Origin: Callorhinchus milii
Lineage: Eukaryota
Direction: 5' to 3'
DNA length: 64,000 nt
Assembly: GCF_018977255.1 (NCBI RefSeq)
Contig: NW_024704743.1
Coordinates: 35,342,001-35,406,000 of the forward strand
Shown piece after piece: positions 12,480 through 23,335 of this stretch. The stretch's first letter is position 1; each line of letters opens with the position of its first letter. The position numbers were made by a program, and so were the translations under genes. The notes beneath the pieces are model-generated. The model saw nothing but the letters and a program-made list of their open reading frames with translations. It did not search any database and was not told the origin of the DNA.

Positions 12480-12822
12480 CATGTCTTCGAGACATCACAA
12501 AGCACTTCACAGATTTCTACTGTAAAGTGAATTGACTGTATAGTTTGTGGGCGAAATGTGGCAGCCAATTGCATACAGCAATGTCCTACAAACAATCGTG
12601 GATTAAGTGACCAGATTATTTTTTTCATTTAATTTATTTTTTGAAGGGATTATTACCTTTGGGAAAAGCCATCTGTCAATCGATTAACAACCGGGTTCCT
12701 GTTAATTGCTAGGTGAAAAGAGGCTTGTGGAGTAAGGAAAATTTCTTAACGTTTTGCCCTACCCATGAATTGAACCCAGTCGTCTCGCTTACAAGACGAG
12801 TGCTCTAACCAATATGCTACAA
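12480..12822 (-). mobile_element. tRNA-derived SINE, long subfamily
   Basis: As above plus the extra internal segment (gggttcctgttaattgctaggtgaaaagaggc on the + strand). Confidence 0.9.
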
Positions 12823-14479
12823 GAGGCAGTTTGCCTCCATTTTTGCAGGCAAACTGCAGCCAGTTTCACATAGCAGTATTGAGTAATGCGAATAATTATA
12901 TATTTCTTTGTAATTACCTTGAATATTGAATTGAAATCTCACCATCCATTTTATGAAGGTTCATAGAAACCATAGCACAGGAGGATGCCATTCAGCCCAT
13001 TGTGTCTCTGCTGGTTCCAGCTCCTCCACAGGAGTTATCTGGTCTCATCGCAAATCTCAGCTCTTTCCTTGTACCACTTTATATTGTTCCTCTTCAAATG
13101 TTTATCCAGTTCCCCCCTTAAGTGTTGTTAATGTTGCCCTCTAGCAGTTGGCAGTAATAGCTCACACTGTTTGCCATGTTGTGTAAGGCACAGCAGGCAG
13201 CAACTATTGTCAGACCTTCCTACAGCCATGTTGTGATCTGCTCTGTGTGAAATCCAAGCTAAATACATGTTCTCTCACTATAATAGTACAATAACCCTTT
13301 TTTGCTCAAGTTGGAGGAGATGCCACTGGAGTTATGAGACTCAGCTTTTCACTGCTTAATTGGTAACCTGCCAAAGGCAGACTGACATTATATAAAACAA
13401 AGCCCAGCACTGAGGGAGATGACAGAATAATATCTTACCTACCAGTTCATTCTGCTCCACACACGAGGATTGTCAAGGAGATTTCAGTCCATGGTGTTGC
13501 CAGGCTAATTGACTCATAGATCCATTGGAATATTTCTGACATCGCCTACAGCTGGCATGTTGATAGAATAAGGACATGTTTGCTGTAGGTGTGTGGCTGG
13601 GTACAATCCATGGACACCAAAGCACTAAGAGAGCCAACAATAACAAAACAGGGCATAGTATTTGCTTATTTATTATATATAATATATATATACACACACA
13701 AAAACAAGTGCTAGTTTCTTGGCCAGTCTATGAAAGAAATGTGATGGTTTTCAATGCTAAGTGATGTCTGTCTGGCAATTTGGGAGAATGTCTTGACCCA
13801 CCAGCCATTGCTTACATTCATGAAATTGTCAAAGCAATTGCTTGAACTGCATACCCGTGACTTTACTCCACTTCGGGGTTGACAAGCCACTACGCATACA
13901 TCAGGCTACTTTTAACTCAAATCCTTGCAAGCAGAATTATATTCAACACCAGCACAATGTAGTTACACAGGTGAAAAATCTGTAACTACAGTTTTAAAAA
14001 CAGTGGCACAACAACAATAATTTGCATTCAGAGAGCACCCTTCAAGCGGGACATTGTCCCGGTGTGCTTTGAGTACAATGCTCATTATTGCACGTGTTTC
14101 CAGGGTAAGAATGTATTACAAGACAAAAACTATGCAAGCAGGCGTGAGAGTAACACTTAGAGCACTTGTGCAGGAACAGAGGATTGAACCAAATTTTATT
14201 ATTTGCTCTCTCTGATTTGCATAATTTATTTCAGTGTGGGAACTGGGACTCTTCTCCTCCAGTCAGTTCCCACAACTGTCTCGTTTAATGTTCCGAGAAT
14301 AGCACCTTAAATAATTTGTGTCAGTGCTTGTCTACATTTCTGTCACTTTGATTCACAGCCACTGTAAATATAAATAAGTGTGATTTAGGAGGCAACTGAA
14401 GTGAGGATTGTGGGCCTGTGACTGCCTGTAATCCACACTTTAGGTACTTACAAAAAATGTATTTGTAACATTTAAATGT

Positions 14480-15170
14480 ACTGGACACATGCCAGTTTCA
14501 GAGGATGGGGCCAGAAAGGCTGAAAGCCCGACTTCCGATGGTCATGCAGGCAGGGCGGGGGACTTAGAGCAGACCTGTGCCCGCTGAGTGGATGGAGCGG
14601 ACATGTTGGTAACGTTTTAGTAGGTTGCAGATATATGGAGGAGCTGGAGAGAGGATGAGGATCTTGAACTATGTGCTCTGAAGCACTTTGAGATGTCTCA
14701 AGGATGTGATAAAGCATGATAAAATCAATTGAGCCTGCTCGCTCCCTCCGCTTAGCAAGCTCTGGCCAGCTCCATTTCCCCCTGCCTGCCCAGCCCACCA
14801 TGTTTCCCAGGAGATTGACAAGAAGGTGTAACTTTCAAATGTCTCCACCTCCTTGCCAAATCCTACCTCTAATCTCCTCTGATGCTTCTCCACTACTCAC
14901 TGACTTCACTTTGTCATCTCATGCCTACTCAATGTAACCTTGCCCCCTTCAGCCACCAGTGTGGCTGAACTTTCAATCACTTTGCCTCTGCTGTTGAGAA
15001 CCCTCTCCTTATCCCTCACCTCGTGTCCACCATGGCTTTCAAAACAGTTCCCAAAACTTAGCTCTTCCACAACCCTGGTGTATGTCCTGCTCTGTTTGGG
15101 CTCCTACTCTGTGTCTGTGAAGCACGTCCAGACAATTTTCCTAGGTGAAAGAAATTAGGTGAGTGCAAGT
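14480..15170. mobile_element. Two highly decayed L2 fragments (about 14480-14670 minus; about 14730-15170 plus)
   Basis: ggctgaaagcccgacttccgatggtc and aggatgaggatcttgaac match L2 ORF2; tail-like tgtgaagcacgtccagac...gagtgcaagtcattgttg. Confidence 0.6.
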
Positions 15171-15319
15171 CATTGTTGCTCCTGTTAGACTAGGGGAGAG
15201 AAGTGGAAGAGAAAGACGAGGCTTCAGTTTTACTTTGGAATCCAGTCACTGAGGGGCAGGGGCTGGAAACGGAGTCATGAAGAAAATGGAAATCATGCAG
15301 ATGATTGGTGTGTGCTGTT

Positions 15320-15640
15320 TTGTTTGGTCAGCTGAGTGTCTGACACATGCGGAAACCCATCACCATACTTAAGAGTATCCAAACCAAGCTGAGATTTCCA
15401 TGCACCCACCTACACATGGAAATCCCAGAGATAGATTGTTGGAATGCAATGTGCACTCTCTCCCTGCTTAACATATCCCGGAAACTAATAGGCGCCGGTT
15501 GGGAAGAGCCAAAGCTTGGGGATACCAGAGTGCGTGTTGGGATACTGCTGGAGTTTAACCAGCTAAAACTACATACCTTGCCATTGATATTGTGTTCTTG
15601 AAAGCTTGCCTGCTGTTTGTCCAGCTAGGACCACCAGCTC
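15320..15640 (+). repeat. Unclassified dispersed repeat (family X), copy 2
   Basis: ttggtcagctgagtgtctgacacatgcggaaacccatc... is the reverse complement of 33605-33642; gggatactgctggagtttaaccagctaaaa matches copies 1 and 3. Confidence 0.85.
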
Positions 15641-16444
15641 GGGTTTTGGTTAACGTGATCTTAAGTTTTAAGACAAAATTGACTTCCAGGCTAAAGCTAT
15701 GGGAATTACAGGTGTTTGGAATGAATCCATATCGGCAATTGTTCTTTCACAACAAAGAATTAATGGAGCAGGTGAGAGATGAGGGAGCGAGTCCATGCAG
15801 GATGGTTACCTTGGCAACAAGATGCCAGCCAGAACCTCTAATGCTGCTGTTGGGGTCTGTTAACAATTCAGTGCTGTCGGGAAGTTAGGGGATTATCGTG
15901 TTTGTGTTGTGTACTGACCTCCCTCTGGAGCAAAAGGCATGTTAAGGGGAGGGATTTTAACCGAAGATGGGGGGTAAAAAAATAGCACAATGATGTTACT
16001 ATCTTTAAATTAAAGCAGCAGAAATTTAGCTGTATGTGGGATCTTACTGTGTGCAAAATGACTGCTGTGTTTGTCTGCGATGGGGTTTGAGAGTTTTTAA
16101 CAATTAGATGCATTGTCAAATGAAAAAATTATGATTGATTGTAAGTAATTTATTGAATGCTTATTACAAATTGCAAGATAGCAGAAGCAGAACACGAAAG
16201 AACCCTCTCTCATCCTTCCCTCTCGCTTTCCAGACGCATCTAAAGTGAGAAAACTTACAGCTAAGTTCCGTTGAGGTTCCTGGCCATGGGAATGCACAAG
16301 GTGCTGATTGGTACAGGCCTTCCACTGTGGTTCATGTCTCATTCAAAGCATTTGATTGAAATGTCCTTTAGACTGAAGTGTTTGAATGGGGTACAACTAT
16401 GCATTTATCACAGTCTTTATCACCTTATGATATGTGTGTTAACT

Positions 16445-16515
16445 GTGTTGGTGGTTCAGTGGAAGAATTCTAGCCCGCCACACTGGAGGCCCGGGTTCAT
16501 TTCCCGTCCAATGCA
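16445..16515 (+). pseudogene. tRNA-Gly(GCC) pseudogene / retrocopy
   Basis: 71 nt colinear with vertebrate tRNA-Gly-GCC, about 10 substitutions by manual comparison with the recalled sequence. GCC anticodon retained; U33, T-loop A58 and one T-stem pair lost. Confidence 0.9.
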
Positions 16516-16525
16516 AAACGCTTTT

Positions 16526-16585
16526 GAGCGCCTTAGGTTGTCCTCCCGACATTAATGGCAATATACAAATATAATTTGTTGTTGA
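16526..16585 (+). mobile_element. L2 3' terminal stem-loop and (TTG)n tail fused to the tRNA copy
   Basis: gagcgccttaggttgtcctcccgacattaatggcaatatacaaatataatttgttgttg versus the L2 tail at 24416-24476. Confidence 0.85.
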
Positions 16586-16887
16586 TGTTAGAGAAGTCTG
16601 TTTGAAGTTTGCCTGGGAGTCAGCATTTGGCACGGGATTCTTCACTGCCCCATTCCATGCCTCTCATGGAGCAGAACCTCATCTCATCAGGTTGGGAACA
16701 ATTTCAGACTACACTAAGTGCCTCGTCCCTGGGCTGTGTTTAACCATCAGATAAATCATGGGAACAAGAGGAATTGAGAAGATGTCGGACATTCCGCAGA
16801 ATATATTTTTAGGCTAACATGAGCTGTATTCTTTTGTAATATTCAATGTAATTCATAGGGACAAAATGGAGAAGGTATATCCGATGG

Positions 16888-17152
16888 CCCAATAGGTATA
16901 ATCCTCGAAAGCACTGAGTCTGCTTACCAGGCCATAAGTGCTTGAGTATGTAGGAAGGGTGCGAAATACATATTTTAAGAATAACAAGCAACCACTAAGC
17001 AGACTTAGTGCTGCACGAGAACTTTACCTATTAAGTCCTCAACTTAAGTCTGCTTACATCGAGGATTTTACCAATGAACTCCTCCACTAAGTCTGCTTAG
17101 TGCTGCACGACTACTTCATGGGTAGAGTCCTCGTGCAGCAGTAACTCTGCTT
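16888..17152. repeat. Nested direct/inverted array of a ~40-bp unit
   Basis: Perfect 18-bp inverted pair at 16993-17010 / 17085-17102; 40-bp inverted pair at 16997-17036 / 17113-17152 with 6 mismatches. Confidence 0.9.
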
Positions 17153-17411
17153 CACAGGTACAAATCCCTGTCTGTATGGTCACTGGATGAGGGATCTCAT
17201 TAGAAATCGCAAGTTTACATATTGTTGCATCTGTCATGCTAACTTGAAGAGTGCAATCATCCCCAAAGGTGGGGGTGATTCCTCTCAGGAGACCTTGGGC
17301 TTGTTTTAAAAAAGAGCAAAGATAGAACTGTCTAATTCTGCAGGCTTGATTATTAGGCTAAGATACTCCCTTTTAGCATTTGTTAAATTCACACCATCCC
17401 ATAAGTGCTTA

Positions 17412-18875
17412 TTCTCTTTTCGAACCCCTTCAGTCAGGTTTCCGTGCTGCCCATAGCACAGAAACTGCCCTGGTCAAGGTCACCAATGATATCCTGACCA
17501 TCTGTGACCAGGGCTCCCTCTGCCTCCTCGTCCTCCTCGGCCTATCGGCAGCATTCGATACGGTCGACCACGCTATCCTACTCCACCGCTTGTCCTCCCA
17601 CCTCAACCTTCAAGGCACTGTCCTTGAATGGTTTAGGTCGTACCTTTCTCACCGTCTTCACTTTGTCTCGACGAATGGCTTCTCCTCCACCCCCCGTACT
17701 GTCTCATGTGGAGTCCCTCAGGGCTCTGTCCTCGGTCCCCTCCTCTTCACCCTCTATATGCTCCCCCTTGGTGACATCATCCGCAGACATGGAGTTAACT
17801 TCCACATGTATGCGGATGACACCCAACTCTACCTTTCCTCCTCTACTCTCAACTCCACGACCACCGATGTCCTGACAGCCTGCCTGTCCGACATCGAGTC
17901 CTGGACGAGAGACAACTTTCTTCAGCTCAACGTGCGAAAAACCGAGGCCCTCCTGATTGGCTCGCGTCAGCGCCTCCGCACCTCAGGCGCCGACACCATC
18001 AGCATCCAAGGCTGCACTCTCCACCTCTCAAAGCCAGTCAGGAACCTCGGCGTTTTGTTCGACCCTGAGCTGTCCTTTTTCCCTCACATCCGCACCACAA
18101 CTGGCACCGCCTTCCATCACCTCCGGAACATCGCCAGACTACGGCATTACCTCACCCCTCACGCTGCTGAAACCCTGGTTCACGCCTTTGTCACCTCAAG
18201 GCTGGACTATGGGAACTCTCTCCTCGCCGGCCTTCCCGCCACCTCCCTCCACAAGCTGCAGGTCATTCAGAACTCTGCAGCTCGTGTACTGTCCCGCACC
18301 AGGCTTCGGGACCACATCACTCCCACCCTCGCTCGCCTCCACTGGCTCCCCATCCCCCAGAGGATTGATTTCAAGATCCTCATCCTCACCTACAAGGCCA
18401 TTCATGGCCTTGCTCCCTCCTACCTACTATCCCCCTACCTACCTGCCCGTACCCTCCGTTCCTCCGGCTCCGGTCTGCTCCACGTCCCCCGCCCCAATCG
18501 CCCTACCATCGGTGGTCGGGCCTTCAGCCTCTCAGCCCCGAGGCTCTGGAACTCTATCCCCCAGTGCCTTCGCCGCTTCCTCCCTCTCCTCCTTCAAGGC
18601 CGGTCTCAAAACCTTTCTCTTTGACCGAGCCTTCAGCTCCCCTCTCGACTCTCTTCCCCCTTCTCGCTCCCTCCCATCCCTCCCCTCACCCTGACCATTT
18701 CCCCCCTCCTCGCTCCCTCCCCTCACCCTGACCATTTCCCCCCTCCTCGCTCCCTCCCTTCCCTCACCCTGACCATTTCCCCCCTGCTCGGGTCATGACC
18801 CAACTGTGCAGCGCCTTGGGACGTCCTCCTGACGTGAAAGGCGCTTTATAAATGGAATCTTGTTGTTGTTGTTGT
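17412..18875 (+). mobile_element. 5'-truncated L2 LINE with open RT domain
   Basis: ORF with [53 protein letters not shown] and LHWLP; 3' UTR, stem-loop and (TTG)n tail; possible TSD tgctta at 17406-17411 / 18876-18881. The first ~11 residues of the called ORF are flanking DNA. Confidence 0.97.
18665..18786 (+). repeat. Tandem triplication (~37-42 bp unit) in the L2 3' UTR
   Basis: ccctcaccctgaccatttccccc occurs three times here and once in the sister copy at ~1730-1780. Confidence 0.85.
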
Positions 18876-19616
18876 TGCTTAAGTGTGAAATACATATTTT
18901 AAAAGTAGCAAACAATCACTAATGTAACGCAAATGCATTTGTTGTTCTCCAGCGAGGGGAGAAAATAAAGTGAATGATTTCCACAATCTGCTCTAACCAG
19001 CTCTGTTGTCGGCGTGTTTGATCGATTGTTGTGGGTTTCACTCGAATTTCTAGATGTTCTTCATTATGTGCCTCAGACCTACACCTTTCAGACAGGAGAC
19101 ATTCCACCCATTCACAGCCTGTGAGATCATTTTCTTGACATTTAAGATAATGCAGAATTGTGGAAAATTCTTAAATTCTCTCTTGATTTCGAAGCAGGTT
19201 TGTTTTAAGAATTGTGAAAAGTCAGCTTCCAAATTAAAACAGAATTTAGACTGGTGTCTGGAGGTGTACAGCAAAGATGCTGTGGGGAGCGGGCATGTGT
19301 CTACCATTCACTGTGTGTTAAAAGTTAGTATCTTAACAGTCAGTGTCGAGTGTACAACTGTAGGTTCTGCGTTGACATTTTTTTAAAAAGAAAATAGCCG
19401 ATTGATTTCACAGTTGACCCACTTGGTAAACAATACTTTTGAAGGTGCCTCTGCATCCATAGAGACCGTAGACTCGAATCATTGGATTTCTTCAGTTTGA
19501 TTGACAAACTCAAATGTACAGTGTTTACCAGGAATGGAAACTGGAGGAAATTCCACAAAGAACACTAAGCTCGCTCAGGATGATCAAAGCTTCAAAGCTA
19601 TCATGGGTCTATAAAG

Positions 19617-19980
19617 TAATAATAATCCTTGCATCTGATATAGCATCTTATCACGTTGTTGAGACGTCTCAAAGTGCTTCACAGAATATATAGTAAAGTG
19701 GATTGATTGTATTTGTGGGCAAAAGGCAGCAGCCAGTTGTTCACAGCAATGTTTCACAAACAGTCATGGATTGACTGACCAAATTTTTAGTTTTTTTGAG
19801 GGATTATTCCCCAGAAAGCGATCTGCCAATTGACTAACAACGAGGGTTCCTACTTACTGCTAGATAAACAGAGGCGTGTGGAGTAAGGAAACTTGCCTAA
19901 GGTTTCGCCCTGCCCAGGAATCGAACCCGGGTCCTCTCGCTTGCAAGGCGAGCGTGCTAACCACTGAGCTACGGGGCTTC
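19617..19980 (-). mobile_element. Full-length SINE, long subfamily
   Basis: tRNA head at right (ccactgagctac, ggaatcgaaccc), internal gggttcctacttactgctagataaacagaggc, (AAT)n tail at left. Confidence 0.95.
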
Positions 19981-20319
19981 ACATAAATTCACCTTTCAGT
20001 GCACTTCATCATAGGAATTTAGAAGTTTTGTTTCAAGCAAAAATAATAATTCTGAGTTCTCGACCCTGCCTCTCCTTTTTAGTTGCCAATGCTCTGTATA
20101 CGTGCCAACATGTCAGAGCAAGTCAGCAACTTGCTTCCCTTCTTCAGCTAGTCACCAGGAGGTGCCGAAGAGCTTCTCTGCTCCATTTACTGTCCAGATC
20201 GATTAATCTTCAGCAGGTTGTAGAGAGCTGCTGCTCACCTCACACTGACACATCACATACTTGATGGTAAGTTCACTACACAGTGAATGGTAGACACATG
20301 CCCACTCCCCACACATTAT

Positions 20320-20620
20320 AATAATAATAATCCTTATTATTAAGGATATAGCGCTTTTCACATCTTCTAGATGTCTAAAAATGCTTCACACAATATACTG
20401 TAAAATGAACTGACTGTATATTTGTGGGCAAAACGCGGCAGCCAATTGCACACATGAGTGTTCTAAAAACAGTCGTGGATTGAAGTGACCAATTTTGTTT
20501 TCTTGAGGGATTATTATCAGGCGTGTGGAGTATGGAAACGTGTCCAAGAATTTGACCTGCCGAGAATTGAACCCAGGTCTCTCGTTTGCAAGGCGAGTGC
20601 TCTAACCACTGAGCTATAGG
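20320..20620 (-). mobile_element. Near full-length SINE, short subfamily
   Basis: Reverse complement of 11994-12310. Confidence 0.93.
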
Positions 20621-20669
20621 TTGCTGGGTACTTCTCCTCATTGCCGGAAATGTTGAATATTGTTTACTA

Positions 20670-21052
20670 CAGTAGAACCTCTTTATAAGGCGGTAGTTTG
20701 TGGGGGTGCATCCATTAATTTCCAACTTGCCTCATAATAGGGCACAATCCAGAGTGGCTGCCAGGCTACAGGTCACGCAGAACACCGTTCGGATTCCCCC
20801 ACTACAAAATGGCTGACTTCTGGGTTGTCATGTTGCTGCTAATGATAGTTCCTGTGCTATGAGCAGGAGCACCACTTGCTTCCTGCACATAGTGGACAAG
20901 GACAACGCGCAGGAAATGACATTGGTACTGACCTGGAGGTCAGCATTTACTTAGTACGGGAAGTCTGTGCAGCAAAGCCAACCGTGGGTTCACAAGGCAA
21001 CACCTTATAAGCAAACCTGTCTTATAATAGGGCGCCTTACAAAGCTTTACTA
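20670..21052. mobile_element. Tigger/pogo-like (Tc1/mariner) non-autonomous element
   Basis: ta|cagtagaacctctttataaggc at left; imperfect inverse gccttacaaagctttacta|ta at right; subterminal cttataa repeats; TA flanks. Confidence 0.6.
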
Positions 21053-23039
21053 TATTTTTGAAATAAACATTAGAGGTTTTGCCATGTGGCGCTATGAAAT
21101 ATGATGTTGGAATTCAACGTATATACAAGTTGACAGCCAGAGTGCTCCCTATTGTCCTATTCTGTGCATTTGCCTGGATATTTATAATCCAGAAATAGAT
21201 GGTGGTGTCCCAATGTACACTCAGATCTCTTTTCTAAGAGCCCAATGTTGTTGTTGCTCTTCTCAATGATTCTGTGACTTACAAAAAGAAAATTGAACAA
21301 TCCTTCTTCCCTCCCGAACACAACAGAGAGCACTGTACTCTTTGAACGTCAGTTACTTTGCTTGTTCCACAACTTCATTGTTCAATGTCGTATTGACTTG
21401 GTGCTGCACTTCCTGCCCTTCTCAATTGGCCATCTTCCTGTCTAATGAACCAGAACCAGATATATGTTCAAGGAGGGATTGTATTTACTCAGATGCCTTT
21501 CCTATTTTGGCAGCAAACACAAGGCTTTGGTCACTGTAATGCTTTCTCCTGGGAGACAGGAGGGGGAGGAAGTTGCAGGCAACAAATTAATTCCAAAAAT
21601 CTTGAAATTATGTCAGCATGACACATTATAAGGGTGTCAGCTGTTATCCCTAGGGTCTTGCCGTCTGCCATTCTTCCTGCTGAGAGTCTCCTCAGCTCCA
21701 GCCACTGATTGGGATTAAGGAAGCAAAGCGCCGCATTGCAGTGTTGCTCTCCTGACTGCTAGGATATACGGCACATTAGCACCGAGACAGCTCGGCAATG
21801 AGCAGAACCTTGCATCACGCTTACATTTCATTTACCAGTGTTGCAATCAGCAGAAGTGCAAATTGCAAAGCGCCATGAGGCTGAACGTGTTTATTTTAAA
21901 ATCAATGCAATAAATTAAAAAAAACACATTTTAAGTAGGTGCAGTTAAGGGAGGAGTAGGAGAAGGAAAGAAACACCTGCTTGAAGATAAAACAGTAATA
22001 TTGATCCAGATGTAATTTCTCACCTTTGGAAGCAGTTTATGTTGACAGGGATTTCTGTGCCTGGAAACCCTCCTGTCTGCTCCAGGACTTAACAAAACTT
22101 AAAGATGGGCATAGGGTTTGGAGAGCAAATTCCCCCTATTGTTCCCACAGGTTGGCAGTGTTTTATTTAACAATGGACTCTCACAACACTGTTAGTTTTG
22201 TGCACAACCAGTCAACTAATAATAATAATGATCCTTACGTTCGATCATCGAGACGTCTCAAAGCATTTCACAGGACACACTGCAAAGTGAAATGACTGTA
22301 TATTCTGTGGGCAAAATGCCGCTGCCAGTGAGTTGTGATGTTTTTTAAAAAGCTATAGTATCATACAGTATATATCACAGGCATTTGCACATCCCATCTA
22401 GTAAAAGGGTCAGACAAACAAAGGTATTTTTAATGTAAACATCTTATCTTTGTCTTGACACTTGTACTGTTATTTCCAGTAACAGTTTGAGGTATTCTGA
22501 AATCTGATCAATTTGGGCCATTAAACTAGATATTGTCAGCATATGCGATCATTCACTTCATAGCTGTTTGTGGGACAATGCTGTGTGCAAATTGATCCTG
22601 TGTTTTCCCACAAAGTGCACAGTCACTCCACTATACACTGAGGTGCTGCGAAATGCCCTCTTGATATGAAAAGCACTGTACCAAATGTAAGTATTATTAT
22701 TGCCACTCTCTGCCAGGATCCTGAAGGATACTTCTGAAATACAGCCGTTTTGGGTTACGCTTGCACCAAATTTTTGAGGATGACGATGAAATGAAAAGGC
22801 GCCTTGGAACGTCCTCCCATCGTGAAAGGGGCTAGACAAATGTAATTTTGTAAATCAATTATCAATTCCTCTCACCCCCTTCATCCACCTAAAACAGATT
22901 CCCATGGTAATTTTTTTTTACCACCATTTCCTCCCCCCCACCCCAAAAAAAAATGTTGACTTATTTTATCCTTATTGTGATAGTGGAGTTCCCCTAGAAG
23001 TTTTTTTTTCTTTTTTGGGCCAGCCCGGTGTCTGACACA

Positions 23040-23335
23040 TGCTCCTCCCATACCTTGTCCAAATAGCTTTTCTTCATGTGTGAACCTAGATAGTGAGATT
23101 AGGCAGGCTTTTTCATCCATGGAGGGAAATGTGGAAAACAAAACTAATTCTGTCCAGGCCTCCACCAGAGGTTATTGGATAGTAATCAAGATGACAATCG
23201 TAGCTGTTCGTTCCCCTTCCCTAAATTCACTAATTCTGGTCACTGAGCAGAATTATAACCCTCACCAGATGGCCTTGCTGTCACCAGCTGTCTCAGTGAG
23301 GATTGGGATCGAACCTGACACTTTCCTGGTTTAGA
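23040..23335 (-). mobile_element. Old SINE-like repeat related to 47070-47320
   Basis: ttcttcatgtgtgaacctagatagtgag is the inverse of ctcgctgtcaaggctcactcatgaa; B-box-like gggatcgaacc at the right end. Confidence 0.5.

Noticed and set aside
13958..13990. 10-bp perfect inverted repeat tgtagttaca / tgtaactaca
   Set aside because: Too short to distinguish from chance or MITE debris.
17380..18624. 414-aa reverse transcriptase ORF as a novel host gene or retron-like system
   Set aside because: It is a 5'-truncated L2 ORF2 with 3' UTR, tail and probable TSD; the called start lies in flanking DNA.
21775..21795. REST/RE1 full sites (also 9721-9738 and 25415-25432)
   Set aside because: Half-site spacing or the left half deviates from the canonical TTCAGCACCnnGGACAG.
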